Assembly: GCF_009914755.1 (NCBI RefSeq)
Contig: NC_060938.1
From: the human T2T-CHM13v2.0 reference genome, Homo sapiens
Length of the DNA stretch: 64,000 nucleotides
Reading direction: 5' to 3' (one strand)
Shown: in pieces, positions 36,797 to 53,414 of the stretch
How the letters are laid out: each line of letters opens with the position of its first letter
Numbering within the stretch: position 1 is the stretch's first letter
Notes under the pieces: model-generated
Told to the model about the DNA's origin: nothing
The model's database searches: none
What the model saw: the letters and a program-made list of their open reading frames with translations, nothing else
Program-made: the position numbers and the translations under genes

Positions 36797-37504
36797 AAAT
36801 TGTCTAAATTAATTTAATAAAAATTAAATTGATAGTCAAAACCCTGATGTTTATAATCACATGGATTCTGGCTAATTTTATTTATTTATTTTTAATTCTG
36901 GTGTTGATTTTTATGCATTGTCTAATATCTTAAAAACCTTTTTGTATATTGGATATACATTGTGCATCTCTGTGTTGAAGATGAGCATATACTCAAATGC
37001 GTTCATGCCAAAATACATCTAGCTGCCATATGGCAACTTGGCTTATGATGTCAAGTGAAAAAAAATCGATAGAAAAATTTGTTGAGTACGTATTTTGTAA
37101 AATTCTGTGTCTTCTGAATCGGAAGGGACACAGGGACGTGGTACCTGAACTACTACTTAAACATTTTTTTCTCAGTATTTTCTTCCTTGTGAAATTTGTC
37201 CTTTTTGGTAAGGTTTGTGGATAAGTTTAGATAGATTCTGAGGAAGAGTAACAAATTATGTATGTATGGAAGATGAAAACCTTATCTGATTATATTAGTT
37301 CCCAAGATTTATCTGTTGATTTATATCTATTCTACAAATATTCCAGTCTGAAGAAATTATTAAATAAATACTTTTATCATTATGGCTTAAAAAATAATGC
37401 CAGTAAGGACTGACAAGTCCACATTTGTAGACTTAGTTTTTTCATATGTTGTGTGCATTCCTATCCTCTGCCTGGAATGTGTACTTTTCATTGGTGAAAT
37501 GAAG

Positions 37505-37730
37505 TAGTGCAGGTTAATAGGACTTCCTGGGATGATGGAAATATTCTATAATCTGCCCTGTTCTATATGGTAGACACTAACTACTCACTACTGCCTGCTT
37601 TGGTAGCTATTAGCTCTGGTAGCACTAGGTATGTTATGTAGTTACTGAGCATTTGAAATATTAGCAGGACCAAGGAACTTAAGTTTTAATTTGGATAGTC
37701 ACAGGCTACTGTATCAGACAGCATAGTTCC
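37505..37730. mobile_element. Degraded MER3-like hAT MITE
   Basis: gatgatggaaatattcta..tctgccctgttc..atggtag. Confidence 0.55.
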
Positions 37731-37763
37731 AGAATATATTCTATTATCATAACCACAGGCTTA

Positions 37764-37765
<2 letters not shown>

Positions 37766-37808
<43 letters not shown>

Positions 37809-37824
37809 TATGTATGTATGTATG
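37766..37824. repeat. (TA)~20 followed by (TATG)n
   Basis: Seen directly. Confidence 0.95.
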
Positions 37825-38218
37825 TTTCAACATAGCCTTTTATTTCATGGTCATTCTGCAATACATGAGTTTGTTTTATGTGTACTAGAGAAACAATTAC
37901 ATTGAATTCAAAGGATTAGAGAGATGTTGATACTCATGAAAAATGATAAAGTAACTGAATAAGGCCATTCTAAGTAGGATTCTTTTATTCATTCTAGAGG
38001 TCTAATAATTTTAGTTGCAGACTCTGGGATTGTTAAAGGTAAACTTCAATCGACAGATTGCAGAGTTGCATTGAACATCATGTAGAGAATAATAATTATA
38101 CTCAAAACATTTTTTCATGAGTTTTGTCAGTTTAAATTTGACTAAATATTATACTGAGAACATTAAAATTCATAGTATCATAAAAATATGAAAGTATAAA
38201 ATAAGTTAATATAGTCTC

Positions 38219-38414
38219 TTAATTTGGATAATTTGTATTAAAATTTCTAATAAATAATTTTAATCTCAAAATACCAAGTATTTAAAAATTGTATCAAACT
38301 TAGGCCTAATATCCTTTGAGAAATTACTAGTTTCCCAATTATTTTAAAGATTTTCTAAAATGATGGATCCATGTAAATGAGACTGGAATATGGTTTGGAA
38401 GAAGAAATAACAAA
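38219..38414 (-). repeat. ~196-bp inverted duplication, right arm
   Basis: Reverse complement matches 36297-36493. Confidence 0.93.
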
Positions 38415-39065
38415 ATTTGTTATGGGAACGTAACTAATACTTGTATATAAAGCACGTGGCCTTATTTCAGAAAGATGTAAGCTTTTTATAGATAACACTT
38501 TATATTAAGTCTACCTCTGACTATATTCCATGGCAATTTGTATTTCATTGGTTGAGTCAGTTATTCTGGTTTTCTTGCTAGTTTGTGATTCTTTTTGATT
38601 CAAGATTGTTATTTTGGTTGCATTTGATAAGATTATTTGGTTTTCAAGTGCATATAAACTTGTTTTATTGTGAGTTTGAGATCTCAGAATATTTGAAAGA
38701 ACAATTCTAGAGTTATTACAAGGCTATAAATGAAAGTGCATATTTAACTGAAACATAGGGCTTATCTGTTGGGGCCAGCTGCAGCACACATATATTGAAT
38801 GTACTTATGATTCTTTTTTGCTGCTTTCTTTTTCCTCACACTAGAATTTAGTTGGCTTGAGGTGGAAAAAAGTCGCAGATTGACCAATTTACATGTACAT
38901 TTAATGTTGACTGCATTTGTCTCTTCAAATCAAATTTGTAAGGACCAGAAGATTTAAGTTGGCAATGTAATCTGTATATTTTGCAAAGTTTGTTGGCGCT
39001 TTCTTAGGTTATGTTGAAAAAAAGTGCCTTTTTGAAATCAGTTTTCTATGTTGACTTCATTCTAG

Positions 39066-39389
<324 letters not shown>

Positions 39390-41849
39390 TAGTTTCATTT
39401 TGGAACTATGCATAGGAGCACTTTTTACATAGGATTTACCCTATGTGTTAGGAAAATGTGACTTTTTGCTTTTTCCTTTTCTGTTTCTCTCTACTCTTAT
39501 TCTGCATTTTCTTTTGGTCATGTCCATTTTTAATAGGTAGTTAAAGTGTTAATATATGTTCACACTCAATTCTGTTTTTCCCAGGCATTTGTACCATGTA
39601 GGAGAAAACGTTGACTTTTTTAAAAAAAAAGTTTCTTACTAAACTTTAATTTCTTTGAATATTTTGAATGTGCTTTAGGAAAGGGAAAAGTGCTTTCTAA
39701 TTGTCTGCCACTATAGAATCTTTCTTTAAGATATTCTATATTTCACACTATGTTCGTCATCTGTAGTAGGTTTTATTTTAATTCAAAATACAGTACTCTA
39801 AGGACATCATGGCTCCGTACTAATGTCACATAATAACTTTATAAAGTTTATTTCTTGTTCTTGTCAATATATCTATAAACATATAAATTATTGAATAATT
39901 AATTCTCAGAAGTGTGATATCATTAAACATCAGTGATACATACCTACTCAGATATCTGTCTTATGCATTATTTAAGGGTGATACTTTATGTTACTTTGGT
40001 TTCTGTGTCTCTGTATAATCTAGCTGTCTTGTTCTCAGAATGCAGGTTAGTAATGGTTTAAGTAAATATAATGAAGAAAATCTAGTTATTCAGAAATAAT
40101 TCACTTGAAAGCATTTACTCATTGTGATTTTGTTTATTCATGTTATAATTGCTTTTTACTTATAAACATGATAATCCAGTTACTGTTTCAACTGGAAGGA
40201 TATGAGGTATAAGTTGCCCAAATTAGGATTTAATAAAATTTTATATGCTACCTATTCATTGACTCTTTTTTCTATTTTGTAAAAATGCTGAGTTGTAGAG
40301 AGGTATTAAGTACGTATGCATATCGATGAAAAGTGTCATGTTCAGATCTCACAGACACTTGAAAATGGTAATCTAAGATATTTATAACATTAGAATGTAT
40401 GGTGATTTCTAAATAAAATGAGAAAGCAATAAAACATTTTAAATTTGGAATGCTTTTGCTTTTGAGTTTGTAATTTGTAGAGGCAAGAATATTTATAAGG
40501 AGGCTGCTTGAGGGAGAATGAGGTAGACTCCAGTTTAGCTACTTGTTTTAGTTGTAAGCAATACTTCTTCAGTTGTAAATATATTCAGTTATGTAATAAC
40601 TTTATATTGCTATTTCTCTTTGCTCAACCCAAAGGATTTTTGTGAATCTGCAGATATAAAATTACAGTTACCATCTCATTGTTCATTGGCTTTATAGTAG
40701 TAGATCAGCTAAAATAAAAGGCTTCATTTTAATCCCTTTCAGAGTTTTAGACTTAGATCAAGCATAAAATGAAACAGTAGATGATTGTCCTCCATAAGAA
40801 TTCTTAGTTTGCTCAAAAAATTTGTTAAGCAAGCTTTAATGATAAAGTCTCATTCTAAATCCACATGCCAATTATTGAAAATACTTACATATGAACTGCC
40901 TTTCCAGTTCTGAAGATTGAAAAAACCTCTTCTGATTGGAGACGACTTTAGCATCTGTTGGTGGATATTCAGGATATTCTCTTGTAATTTGGATTTTATC
41001 TTTTCTGTTAACTGCCACCTTAAACTAGGTCTCGCTCTATCGTATTTGAATGGTGCCAAATTGAATACTTAGTAATAATTAGCACAAAACAATCAATGGA
41101 GTGTATACCTGTTCCAATGCCTATAAAGTTGGCCAAAAAAGATTCTGAAAATGAACTGCAACTGAACTTAAAGGAATTGGTAGAGAAGCTAGAATAGTTT
41201 TGTTGTGTGGTTTAATTTTCTACTTGATTTTAATTAGCAGTGAATTATGTGAATGAAAATACGTGAATGAATTTGGGTACTTTATACTCAAATATATTAA
41301 AGTTAGCTATGATATTCCCTAAAAGTGGAGTATTTACACAGGATTGCTTCCTTCCAAATTTAGCTTCCTCTATTAAAAATTTTTAACCAGTTTTTACATG
41401 TGAAGGTATATGCATATGCATAATTTGTTTATATAAAGCATACATACACACATACATGTTTGAGTGCATATGTTTGTGTATGTACATGTACGTATGCTGT
41501 TTTGCATTAAAAAAAAACTCTGAATCAGACATTGTTTAATTCTAAGCCTAGATAGTTTTCCTAAACTGTGTTTTCTACATCTTTATTTTGTGGTGTCACA
41601 ATAGGTAACCATATTCATTTCCTATACTAAACCCCGAGAATCCTTATTTCTCTGGCATTTTAAGGTTACCAGAGAACATCAGACATCATGGAAAAATTCA
41701 CTAAAAATAGTATTATGAGGATTTTATTAGTAGCTTATTAAACAGAGGAAAAAGTACTTGTATCATCTGTATTCAGCAAGCAAAATTGTTAATCATGATT
41801 AATTTTAGAATTTGAATTATAAGTGGCTTAATTTAAAAGGAAAAACTTA

Positions 41850-42153
41850 GGCTGGGCTCGGTGGCTCATGCCTGTACTCCCAGTACTTTGGGAGGCCAAG
41901 ACGGGCAGATCACTTGAGGTCAGTAGTTCTAGAGCAGCCTGGCCAAAATGGTGAATCCCCATCTCTACTAAAAATACAAAAAATAGCCTGGCATGGTGGC
42001 ACGTGCCTGTAATCCCAGTTACTCAAAAGGCTAAGTCACAAGAATTGCTTGAATCTGGGAGGCGGAGGTTGCAGTGAACCAAGATTGCGCCGCTGTACTC
42101 CAGCCTGGGTGACAGAGTGAGACCCTATCTCAAAAAAAAAAAAAAAAAAAAAA
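41850..42153 (+). mobile_element. AluS
   Basis: Full Alu; TSD gaaaaact. Confidence 0.95.
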
Positions 42154-43907
42154 GAAAAACTGACATAGTTTTCTTTCCTATTTATAGCTTTCATTTCCAT
42201 GTGTACCTAATTAAAAAGAAATTGGGTTCAAATGACTTAAGTGTTGGATGAGTTTTGGAAGTTAATATCTTTGGAAATGATATTTCTATCAGAATTTCTC
42301 AAATTCTTCAATGTAATATGTTGCTCTTTATTTTAAAGACCACATATTAAGGGTTAATTTTCTTCTGATTGGTCTTTTGTTGGAATTGCTATTTGTTGTT
42401 GATTTTATACTGTTTTCTGAATTAAACTACAAAAATTCTAAATAAAACAAGCTGTGACTTAGTAATGCCCAGATTAAGTCACACAAGAGACTGAATCAGG
42501 TAGCCTTAAAGTTCTGTTTTATATCTGCTAATCTTTTCTATAGAATTTGGCACTTCTCAGTTACTAATCCTAGTTTTCTCTTATAAATTAAGACTAATAA
42601 GTTGATGCAGTGATGAAACTTGCCATTATAGCTGGTAGTTACACTCTTAATTTGTAACACAACATCTCAAACAAAATGTTCTAGATGAGATCAGATAGAA
42701 CAGGAAACATTGCCTGTGGTTTTTTCTGTGTATGAAATTAGTGGTTGGGGTGAGGAAATGCTTTGAAAGTGTATATGAAGCTATTATTTTGTCTTTATGT
42801 GAAAAATTTAAAAATTACTGTTACAATGTTGACAAGAAATGAGGACAAGAGTTCTATATTTATCAAGACGTAATTACAAAGCATGTATATATCATGAGTA
42901 GTATTTCTCTGATTAAGACTTTCTTAATGTATCTGATTTTTAAAAAGTGATGCTTGAATTGATTTTCCTTAGGTTTTCTTTTGTTTTATTACTGTGTAAG
43001 GATTGACAAAGGAGGTATTCTTTGAGGTAATCTGCTTTATTCTAGAGCTTGTTAACTTGAAAATGTAGTTGGCTGTAGGAGAATTATTGAAGGAAACCTG
43101 GCAACATTGCTCTTCCTATTAAGCAGTTCATAGCAGAAATATAATTTGGAAGCTTTTAGATTTTCTACTTTAAAAAGCAGAGACTCAGGTGATCAACAGT
43201 ACTTTTAGTGACTTTTATTAGAGTTAGTCTTGGTGTTTTAAAAAAGATTGTATATACTACTCTAGCATTTTGGGCTATTAGTACTTGTCCTTGTTACTAT
43301 TAACACAGAGTCAGAGGACTGTAAGGGATCTTAGAGTTAATATGTCAGTTCCTTATGTTATGGTAGATTATTTTCATTCATCTGAACAAAAAAGTTACAT
43401 CCTTTTGCAGCAACCTTGATTTTGTCCTTTATTATTGTTTTGAGTACAAAAAAATAATAAATTCTATTCTTTGATCATTTTTGGGGGGTGAGGGGCAACA
43501 AAGTATATATAAATGAAAGTAAAATGTTTATTTTTATCAAAACAATAAAAATACTTCATTATATTTCAAAAGAAGAAGTATTAAGAGGTTTAAGGGCTAT
43601 ATTCTACTTCGTTTTGGTAAAAGTAGAATGTGCTTTTCCCATCCTTACAACAGAAATACAAGTTGACAAATACTGGAAAATACCATGAAGAAAATTAAGT
43701 CATCTACAATCTCATCACTAAGAGATATCCACTATTAGTATGTTGTAATTTATTCCTTCCAGTCTTTTAAAATGTACATGTGTATATGCACTTAAAAAAA
43801 TAGAGTTAGGATCATGTCGTGACTTTTGTGCTACTGTTTGAGTTTTGTATCTTGCTTTTTTCACTTAGCAGTCTGAACATTTACTCATGTTATTAGCTGT
43901 CCCTTGA

Positions 43908-44210
<303 letters not shown>

Positions 44211-45744
44211 TGATTTGTTTTTAAGTGGCTGCATAATGTTTTGTCACTTAGATGTATGTGAAAGGCAGTACAATATAGTGGACTCTGGAGCCAAACTTCT
44301 TGGCTTCAAATCTTTGCTCTACCAGTTATTAACTATGCGATCTTGGGAAAGTTATTGTCTTGTCTTAAGCCTCAGTTTCCTCAGTTATCAAAGGATGGCA
44401 AAAATAATGGCTACTTCATAGGTTTATTGTCAGGATTATATTTATTAAGCATACAATTAGAACAGTGCTCGACAATTGTAAACTTGTTATATAATCATCT
44501 TTGTCATTATTGATAAAATATTATATCATTATTTAATCAATTAACCCCATTGTTAGTCTTCACACTGTTTCCTGATATTTCCTATTGCAGTGAACACTGT
44601 GCTGAATGTCCATTACATAAGCTTTAGTGTACAGCAGCTGTGATTTTTTTCTTAGGGTAAATAATGTTGAAATGGAATTATCGGTCAAGGGGAATATACA
44701 TTTTTGGGGCTTTGATATATACTGTTAATGGCTTTATGGAAAGCTCTAGTTTATACTTTATCTGGTAGAGTTTGGGAGGATCGCCACAAATATTACAAGT
44801 TAAAAGTAAATCTAGATGAATTTTATCTACTCTTATTTTCATCCCCTGGATAATGCTCAGAAGTTTATCACTGTTATTGTAGGAAGACTACTAGAATATT
44901 ATTTCAAATAGTTTTGGGTGCCTGAACAGCTCTAGGAATTTTACGGAAACTTACAGGGACAGGTTGAGATATTTAATTTGTCTCTTGCTAGTATGTTGTA
45001 AAGAATTCATTGAATCACTAGACTAGATTATCTGCTTTCTAACATTAATCATTCTTAAGATTCTAAATTAAAGCTGGTTAGTATATGCATTAGTTGGAAT
45101 ATATGCTAGATTCTTTAAAGGAGAGACCCTTCCAAAATCATTGAAATGAAAGAGAAGTTTCTATTTCTCTCATGAGAACCATTGGGAGTCTAATGGGATC
45201 TATTTCTGTCATGATGGATGAATGATGTTATCTTTCACATGTGGCTTTCTTGCCTTGTCCTAAGTGCCTGCTGTAGTCGTTGACATTTTCCAGCAAACAG
45301 GAATGAGGAGAAAAGGTCAAGGACATCTAGCCTTTATCTTCCTGATTCAGATTTGGAAAACATGCCTTTCGTTTTCTCCCACCTTTCATTGGCCATACAT
45401 AATCATGTGACAACTTCTCGTCGTGGGAGAGGCTGAAAAATGTCTCTAACTAGGTGGACAGAAGCCCAGCAGAAATTCAGTGAGGGGAAGATTCCGTTCA
45501 GAGGAACACAGAAAATACTCTTGGCAGTGGCTGTCTTTGGGTAGTAATGAACTTTCTTCTTATATACTACTTTTTAATTTTCTGATGAGTAATAATTTTT
45601 AAATGGAACCATGAAACAGAACGGCAAATACCAATGTAATTCCCCCAAATCTTAGTATCTGGTAGGAATTTCACTGACTGTTTGCTGCTACATGCTCATC
45701 AGACTCTTACCTGGTCAGTCTTTATTTTCTTGTTTCTTCATCAA

Positions 45745-46890
<1,146 letters not shown>

Positions 46891-47412
46891 CCTGACCAGT
46901 CTTAATGTCATCAATGTCGTTATTATAGATTATTTTACCCAAGTAAGAAGAACTTGTCTTTTTGAAATAAAATGTGAGTGGATAATGAAATCACAGCAAA
47001 ATATGAACTTGTACATTCACTTTTGGAAAGTTCAGCTGATTTGGGGATTAGCAAGCAGGAGTGGAGTTTTTAACAATTAATTAAGGCATGTTTTATTAAC
47101 TCAGAACTAGATAATCAGATAGCCATGTCAGTAAAATATATCAGTATGTAAATCTCACTTATAGTTGCCAAGCAATAGAGATATCTGTCTTTCCTTACCA
47201 GTCCCCAAAGCTGTCTTCTAAACCAGACTTTCTTCTTATACCTACCTTTTCCTTATCCTTCTGATTTAAAAAGCTAGAACAGCATTGCACATACTAAGAA
47301 AAAAGACTTGTTCTAAATATTGAAACTTGAAGTTACAAGGACATAGTGACCTGATTTCCATTGTATCATGAGGATTAAAGAAGTTTTTGGAGCCTAAGAT
47401 TCTTGGTCTAGG

Positions 47413-47625
47413 ACAGGTGTTAGTAAACCACCGCCTGTGGGCTAAGTCCAGCTCTATACCTACCTGTTTTTGTAAATAAATAAAATTTGTGTTTATGTTC
47501 TGTATTGTCTTATGCCTGCTTTCATGTTACAGTTGTAGACTTGAATTGTTGCAACAGAGGTTATCTGGCCCATGAAGCCTAAAGTATGTATTATCTGGCC
47601 CTTCACAGGAAAAGTTTTCTGACCT
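47413..47625. mobile_element. MER58-like hAT fragment
   Basis: gaattgttgcaacagag..tggccc..aagcctaaa..tatctggcccttcacagg. Confidence 0.65.
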
Positions 47626-47668
47626 TTTTATTTCTCCCCTAATCTAGGGAGAAACAAGTCCATTAACC

Positions 47669-48027
47669 CAGGGGTCCCCAACTCCCAGGCCATGGACTGG
47701 CATGGATCTGCGGCCTGTTAGGAACAGGGCTGCACAGCAGGAGGTGAGCAGGGTGTGCGGAGCGAGCATTTCTGCCTGAGCTCCGCTTCCTGTCAGGTCA
47801 GTGGCAGCATTCAGTTTTCATAGGAGCATGAACCCTATTGTAAACTGCACATGCAAGGGATCTAGGTTGCCCACTCCTTATGAGAATCCAATGCCTGATG
47901 ATCTGAGGTGGAACAGTTTCATCCTGAAACCGTCCTCCAATCCCCTGGATCCATAGGAAAGTTATCTTCCATGAAACTGGTCCCTTATGCCAGAAAGGTT
48001 GGGGGCCAGAAAGGTTGGGGACCGTTG
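47669..48027. mobile_element. MER1B-type hAT-Charlie MITE
   Basis: TIRs caggggtccccaac / gttggggaccgttg; perfect 8-bp TSD cattaacc at 47661 and 48028. Confidence 0.93.
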
Positions 48028-48601
48028 CATTAACCAGTAAGCAGCAATATAGTGAGTAATTTCTGTGTGGGTAAAAACTGAGTCACCACTTATGATTATA
48101 AGGGGGGTGCTATCCAAGAAATTAGAATTGATCTTAAAGGCCTTCTCTTTAAAAGTATAATATATTCATTGAGATTGCATTATGAACACAGTGCTATCTC
48201 CATCAGATTATTTCTTGAATAACATTTCTATTATTGAGTACTTCAGTCATATAGAATGTATATGTTCCCCCAAATGTCTTTTAAAAACTCACTTTATACA
48301 TTTACTGCCCATATATCTCTCTTTGTTTTTATAGCCCCTCTCTGCCCTATGAGTAATACTTAAAAAAAGAGAAGTCAGTGTAGACAGTGCATCAGGCTTG
48401 GAGGACACAGAATGAAGGGAAGGTTGGGGGAGGTAGGTGGTTAAAGAAGAAAATTATCCAAGAAATTTAAGAGACCTCTTTTGTTGTTGGTACTTGGAAG
48501 ATTAGAAAAACACTATGGATGATTTGTTGTTCTAGTAACCACCTCCTTCCAAGATACATATAGGTAACTTTAGAAAAATGAGTGATGTCAAGAATGCAAC
48601 A

Positions 48602-48899
48602 GGCTGGGCGTGGTGGCTAACACCTGTAATTCCAGCACGTTGGGAGGCTGAGGCAGGAGGTATCACTTAGGCCCAGGAATTCGAGACCAGCCTGGGCAGC
48701 ATAGCAAGACCCCCATCTCTACAAAAAAGTTTTAAAAAGTAAGCCAGGCACTGTGGCGTGTGCCTGCAGCCCCAGCTACTCAGGAAGCTGAGGTGGGAGG
48801 ATCACTGGAACCTAGGAGTTTGAGATTGCAGTGAGCTATGATTGTGCCATTGCACTCCAGCCTGGGTGACAGAGTGAGTCTCTGTCTAAAAAAAAAAAA
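48602..48899 (+). mobile_element. AluJ
   Basis: Full Alu; TSD gaatgcaa. Confidence 0.92.
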
Positions 48900-49302
48900 G
48901 GGGGGGTGGGGAATGCAATTGGAGTTTCTTAGGTGAGTACTGTTCTTAAAATTCTTGATGTACTCAACTTCGTTTTGTATGGTGAGGATTTTTACTGATA
49001 GGGTAAGTTAGAGAATCCCATTCATTTCCCATGTCTTTTATCAGTGTCTTGTGAATGTTTATCAGAATTTGCCTGCTGCACCATTCATGGCTCTAGGCAA
49101 ATGCTTCAAGTATCCTTGGTGTTAAGTGAGTATCCAGTTTTACTCATCTTCCTGTTGCTCATCACTTATTCATTGACCTATAGTTGTTACTTTGAAATAT
49201 TACTTCAAAAGAATGGTTGTGTGTAATTAACAAATTTTATGAACAATAACAGTCACTATTGAGTATTCAATAAGACTGCTAAGAAATACTAGGTATCTTA
49301 AC

Positions 49303-49479
49303 TTTTTTTTTTTTTTTTTTTGAGACAGGGTCTCACTCTCTTGCCCAGGCTGGAGGGCGGTGGCATGAACACAGTTCGCTGCAGCCGCAACCTCCTAGGC
49401 TTAAGTGATCCTCCTACCTCAACCTCCCAAGTAGCTAGGCCCATGGGCACATGCCACCACACCCAGCTAGTACGTGTGT

Positions 49480-49547
<68 letters not shown>

Positions 49548-49660
49548 ATGAGGTCTCACTATGTTGCCTGGGCTTGTCTTGAACTCCTGGGCTCAAGCAG
49601 TCCTCCCACTTTGCCTCCCAAAATGCTGAGATTTACTGGCATGAGCTACTGCGCCTGGCA
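49303..49660 (-). mobile_element. AluJ whose middle linker is a (TG)~34 microsatellite (49474-49542)
   Basis: Reverse Alu arms either side of the TG run. Confidence 0.92.
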
Positions 49661-51747
49661 TATCAGCTTTTTGTGTATGTGTCTTTAGAGATGCAGTCCC
49701 TTGGCCAGTATAATTTTTACAAGTCTGAAATTCCAGTTTCTAATCGTGTTTATTTTGTTAGAAACTGATTTTTTTTTCTCCTTAAGTCATGACAGAGGCA
49801 TTCTATCAGGTATAATTAATTGGTCACAGTTGAATCATGATGAGATGGCTTAGTTTATAATCCAAATTCATGTGAGAAGGACATATTTCTTTGCTCTGCT
49901 TTCTACTCTGTTTATTAGAAAAAATTAGTATTGAAGTATTTTTCTTAAGGCAGAATAATATTAAAATAGGGGTATTGTAACGGCATATTTTACTTCAGAT
50001 CTAAAGTTTAAATATGATGGTTTTAATCTCAAAAGAAATAGTAAAATTGCTGTGTATGCCAAGAAAACTTGTACAAACGTAATCTTCATAAACCAATAGT
50101 AATATATATTTATTTCTGGTTGGTTATTTTTTAAGCTGCCTTCAGTAGGATACATTAGCACATTAAATTACATTTAGTAATTTCTTTTTCTGGTGTGTTT
50201 ATCTTCAGAGTAAAATTTGGTACTTCTAAAGTACATAGACTTGTTCTTTTGGAGTGAAGTTGGGACTACACCATGAGGCCTTATTACAGTGTTAGTTTGT
50301 TCTGACAAATGCCATGCGTATTTTTAAGAACCTAAACATGCTTCTGAAGCTTAATAGACAAAAGCCTCTTAAGGAAAAAAAGAAAAGCACTGTTGAAGTC
50401 ATGTACTTCTGTTAAAATCATAGCCTCTCTTTTAGACATATTTATGCTTCTGCTTACATTTTTAGATTTTATTACTTGTTAGTAATTTGGATAGAATCAT
50501 TCAGAGTTGTAAATTCAGGTAGTAATAGAACTACTCAATTTTTCCAACTGTCTGTTTAGAAAAGCTTTTTTTTTTGCATTCTTTATGTTTATTTATTTAA
50601 AATGCAACTATTTCTATGTAAATTTAATATTAGATATTTATACATAAAAGACAACATGGTAGTATAATGACATCATATTCTTTTACTGTTTCATTTGAAA
50701 ATTACAAAGATAATATCTTTAGTTGATTTTGTCACAGATACATATTATTTTTAATATACCAAGAACAGAACTTATATATTAATAAAAATCCTTTGGAAAG
50801 CTTGAATGCTGAGAAATACTGCAACAATTTAAGTTCTATTGAATACAGAATTAACTTATTTCTAAAATATGTATAAATTATGTTATGACAATACATTTAT
50901 GCATTCTGTTCTTACTGAGTTTCATATGCAGTAACCAAGCCCTCTTTGCTCTTTGTTAATCCATGATTTAGTCATTTAATGTAGTTAACAATAATTCTGC
51001 ATTTATGTAATCCATGATTTTGAGCAGATATTTCTTTTTTCTCTTAATCTAAGTTTAATTATGATAGCAGCACTAATCATTGATTATCCAATAAATGAAT
51101 ACAGAACAGAGCATTAAAAACTGCAATTAAAATTTTTTTAATTTTAAGTGAGCCGGTATTTTTTATTTTTTTTTCGGTAGCAACTTCTGTAATTCACCCT
51201 ACCACTTTAAAAAAACTTTCAGTGATACATCTATGAAGTAGCCAAGTTGACGGCTTGTATCATTTCATTTTAGCTCATTAATCCAGTTTCTATTAGAGGT
51301 GCTAAGGATGAATGACTTATGACTAAAAGATGGGGGTGGGGAGTGTCTTAAATAATTTACATGCTGAATAACCTTGAAAAAAGACAGCAAATGACCTGAG
51401 CATTTCACAGAAAACCTTTTTTTCCCTAACTTAGGAGTATATTATTCGACAAAAAAAAATGTGGCTACAGAAAACAGCATAACTTTTATGATCCATAGAA
51501 TGTACTTAAATAATTCAAATTGTTGTTTTTTTCCTGGTTCTAGTCGTTTTAAAGAATGAAGTAATGCTTGAGATGTTCTGTAAACTCTTAGTCATATTAG
51601 TACATTATGGAGTCCTTTTATTAGCATTTTTTCAAGTATTTCACTTAAATAAAAAGCCCTTATTGCACACTCTGCATTGTAGGCATGGGAAAATCTGACT
51701 TTTAGCCTTACCATCAAGTCAACATTGACCTTTAAGATTCCTGTTTT

Positions 51748-52109
<362 letters not shown>

Positions 52110-52975
52110 TCAAAAAGCAACCTGGACTAGACCAAATGGTTGCAGAGTTGTATACCTCATTTCATTGCCTTCGTGGAAATTTATATTAATTAATTTATGC
52201 TCCCTTTTCATCACCGATATGGCTACCATAGATCCTCAAAGGGGAAGAATACATCTCAGGCAGTATGTAGAGTTTTAAAATTTCATTATTAGAAATCATT
52301 TTATATTATAAAGTTCATCTTAAGAGAATTAAAAAAATCTGTATTCATTTGCAACATTTGCAACCAATATGATTTCTAAACCTTTTATCAGTTTCATAGT
52401 GATATTTGGCTGTAGCAATTGCTGTTTCTAAATTTTTCATAGCGCTCTTGTGGTAGAAACATACAACAAATAATGTTCATTAAATAATATAATTTAATTA
52501 TCACCAACAATACTAGCTCTTTCCATTCACTGACCTTTCTTAGATACACTTGGACACTTTTCTTAAGAAACACAGCTCAGAATGCAGTCACATGATTTTG
52601 TGGGCTTGTAGTTTGAGCTATTCCAAATTTAAGAAGCTTTGCAAATGGGTACTCACCCCCTGCAAGTAGTTGTCAGGTGATTTTTAAACATTAAATTCAT
52701 TCATATGATCACCTGAATAGAGAATGTGCCGTGGGAAAAAGAAAAAAGAGATTGGTATTGCAAAGCTGACTTAAGTCCCTTCCTTTTAATACCTGATTAT
52801 GTATGTTGATGTTTTACCCTACTGTCCAACGTTCCTTTTCAACTCACATCTTGCTGAATTACATGCAGATCATTGTTTTAAAAAAATTTTTTTTAAAGGT
52901 TATGGTGTATTTTCTTAAGATGTAGAAACTTACGAAATTTAGTATATCATGAAGGAAAAATTCTGAGTATTCTAA

Positions 52976-53104
<129 letters not shown>

Positions 53105-53182
53105 TGAAGTCATATTAGGAGTGTGTGTACTTTCATATGTTTGCCATATTTAATGTTTTTAAGCCTAGAACTATAAAAGTTA

Positions 53183-53414
53183 ATTTTTTTGTTTTTTATA
53201 ATTTAATGTTGTTAATTGACAAATAAAAATCATAAATATTTATGGCATACAACCTGATGTTTTGAAATATCATATACATTGGCTTAATTGAGCTAAAATT
53301 AACATGTATTATCTCACATACTTATAATCTTGTTTGCGGTGAGGACACTTAAATCTACTCTCTTAGTGATTTTCAAGTATACAGTATGTTGTTAATTGTA
53401 GTCACCAGGTCAGA
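53183..53414 (-). mobile_element. Very short L1MA 3' end with TSD tataaaagtta
   Basis: cacttaaatctactctcttag..ttttcaagtataca..gtagtcacca; TSD at 53172 and 53415. Confidence 0.75.

Noticed and set aside
48924-48938. tttcttag|gtgagt recursive-like motif
   Set aside because: Pyrimidine tract is very short and next to an Alu tail; no supporting context
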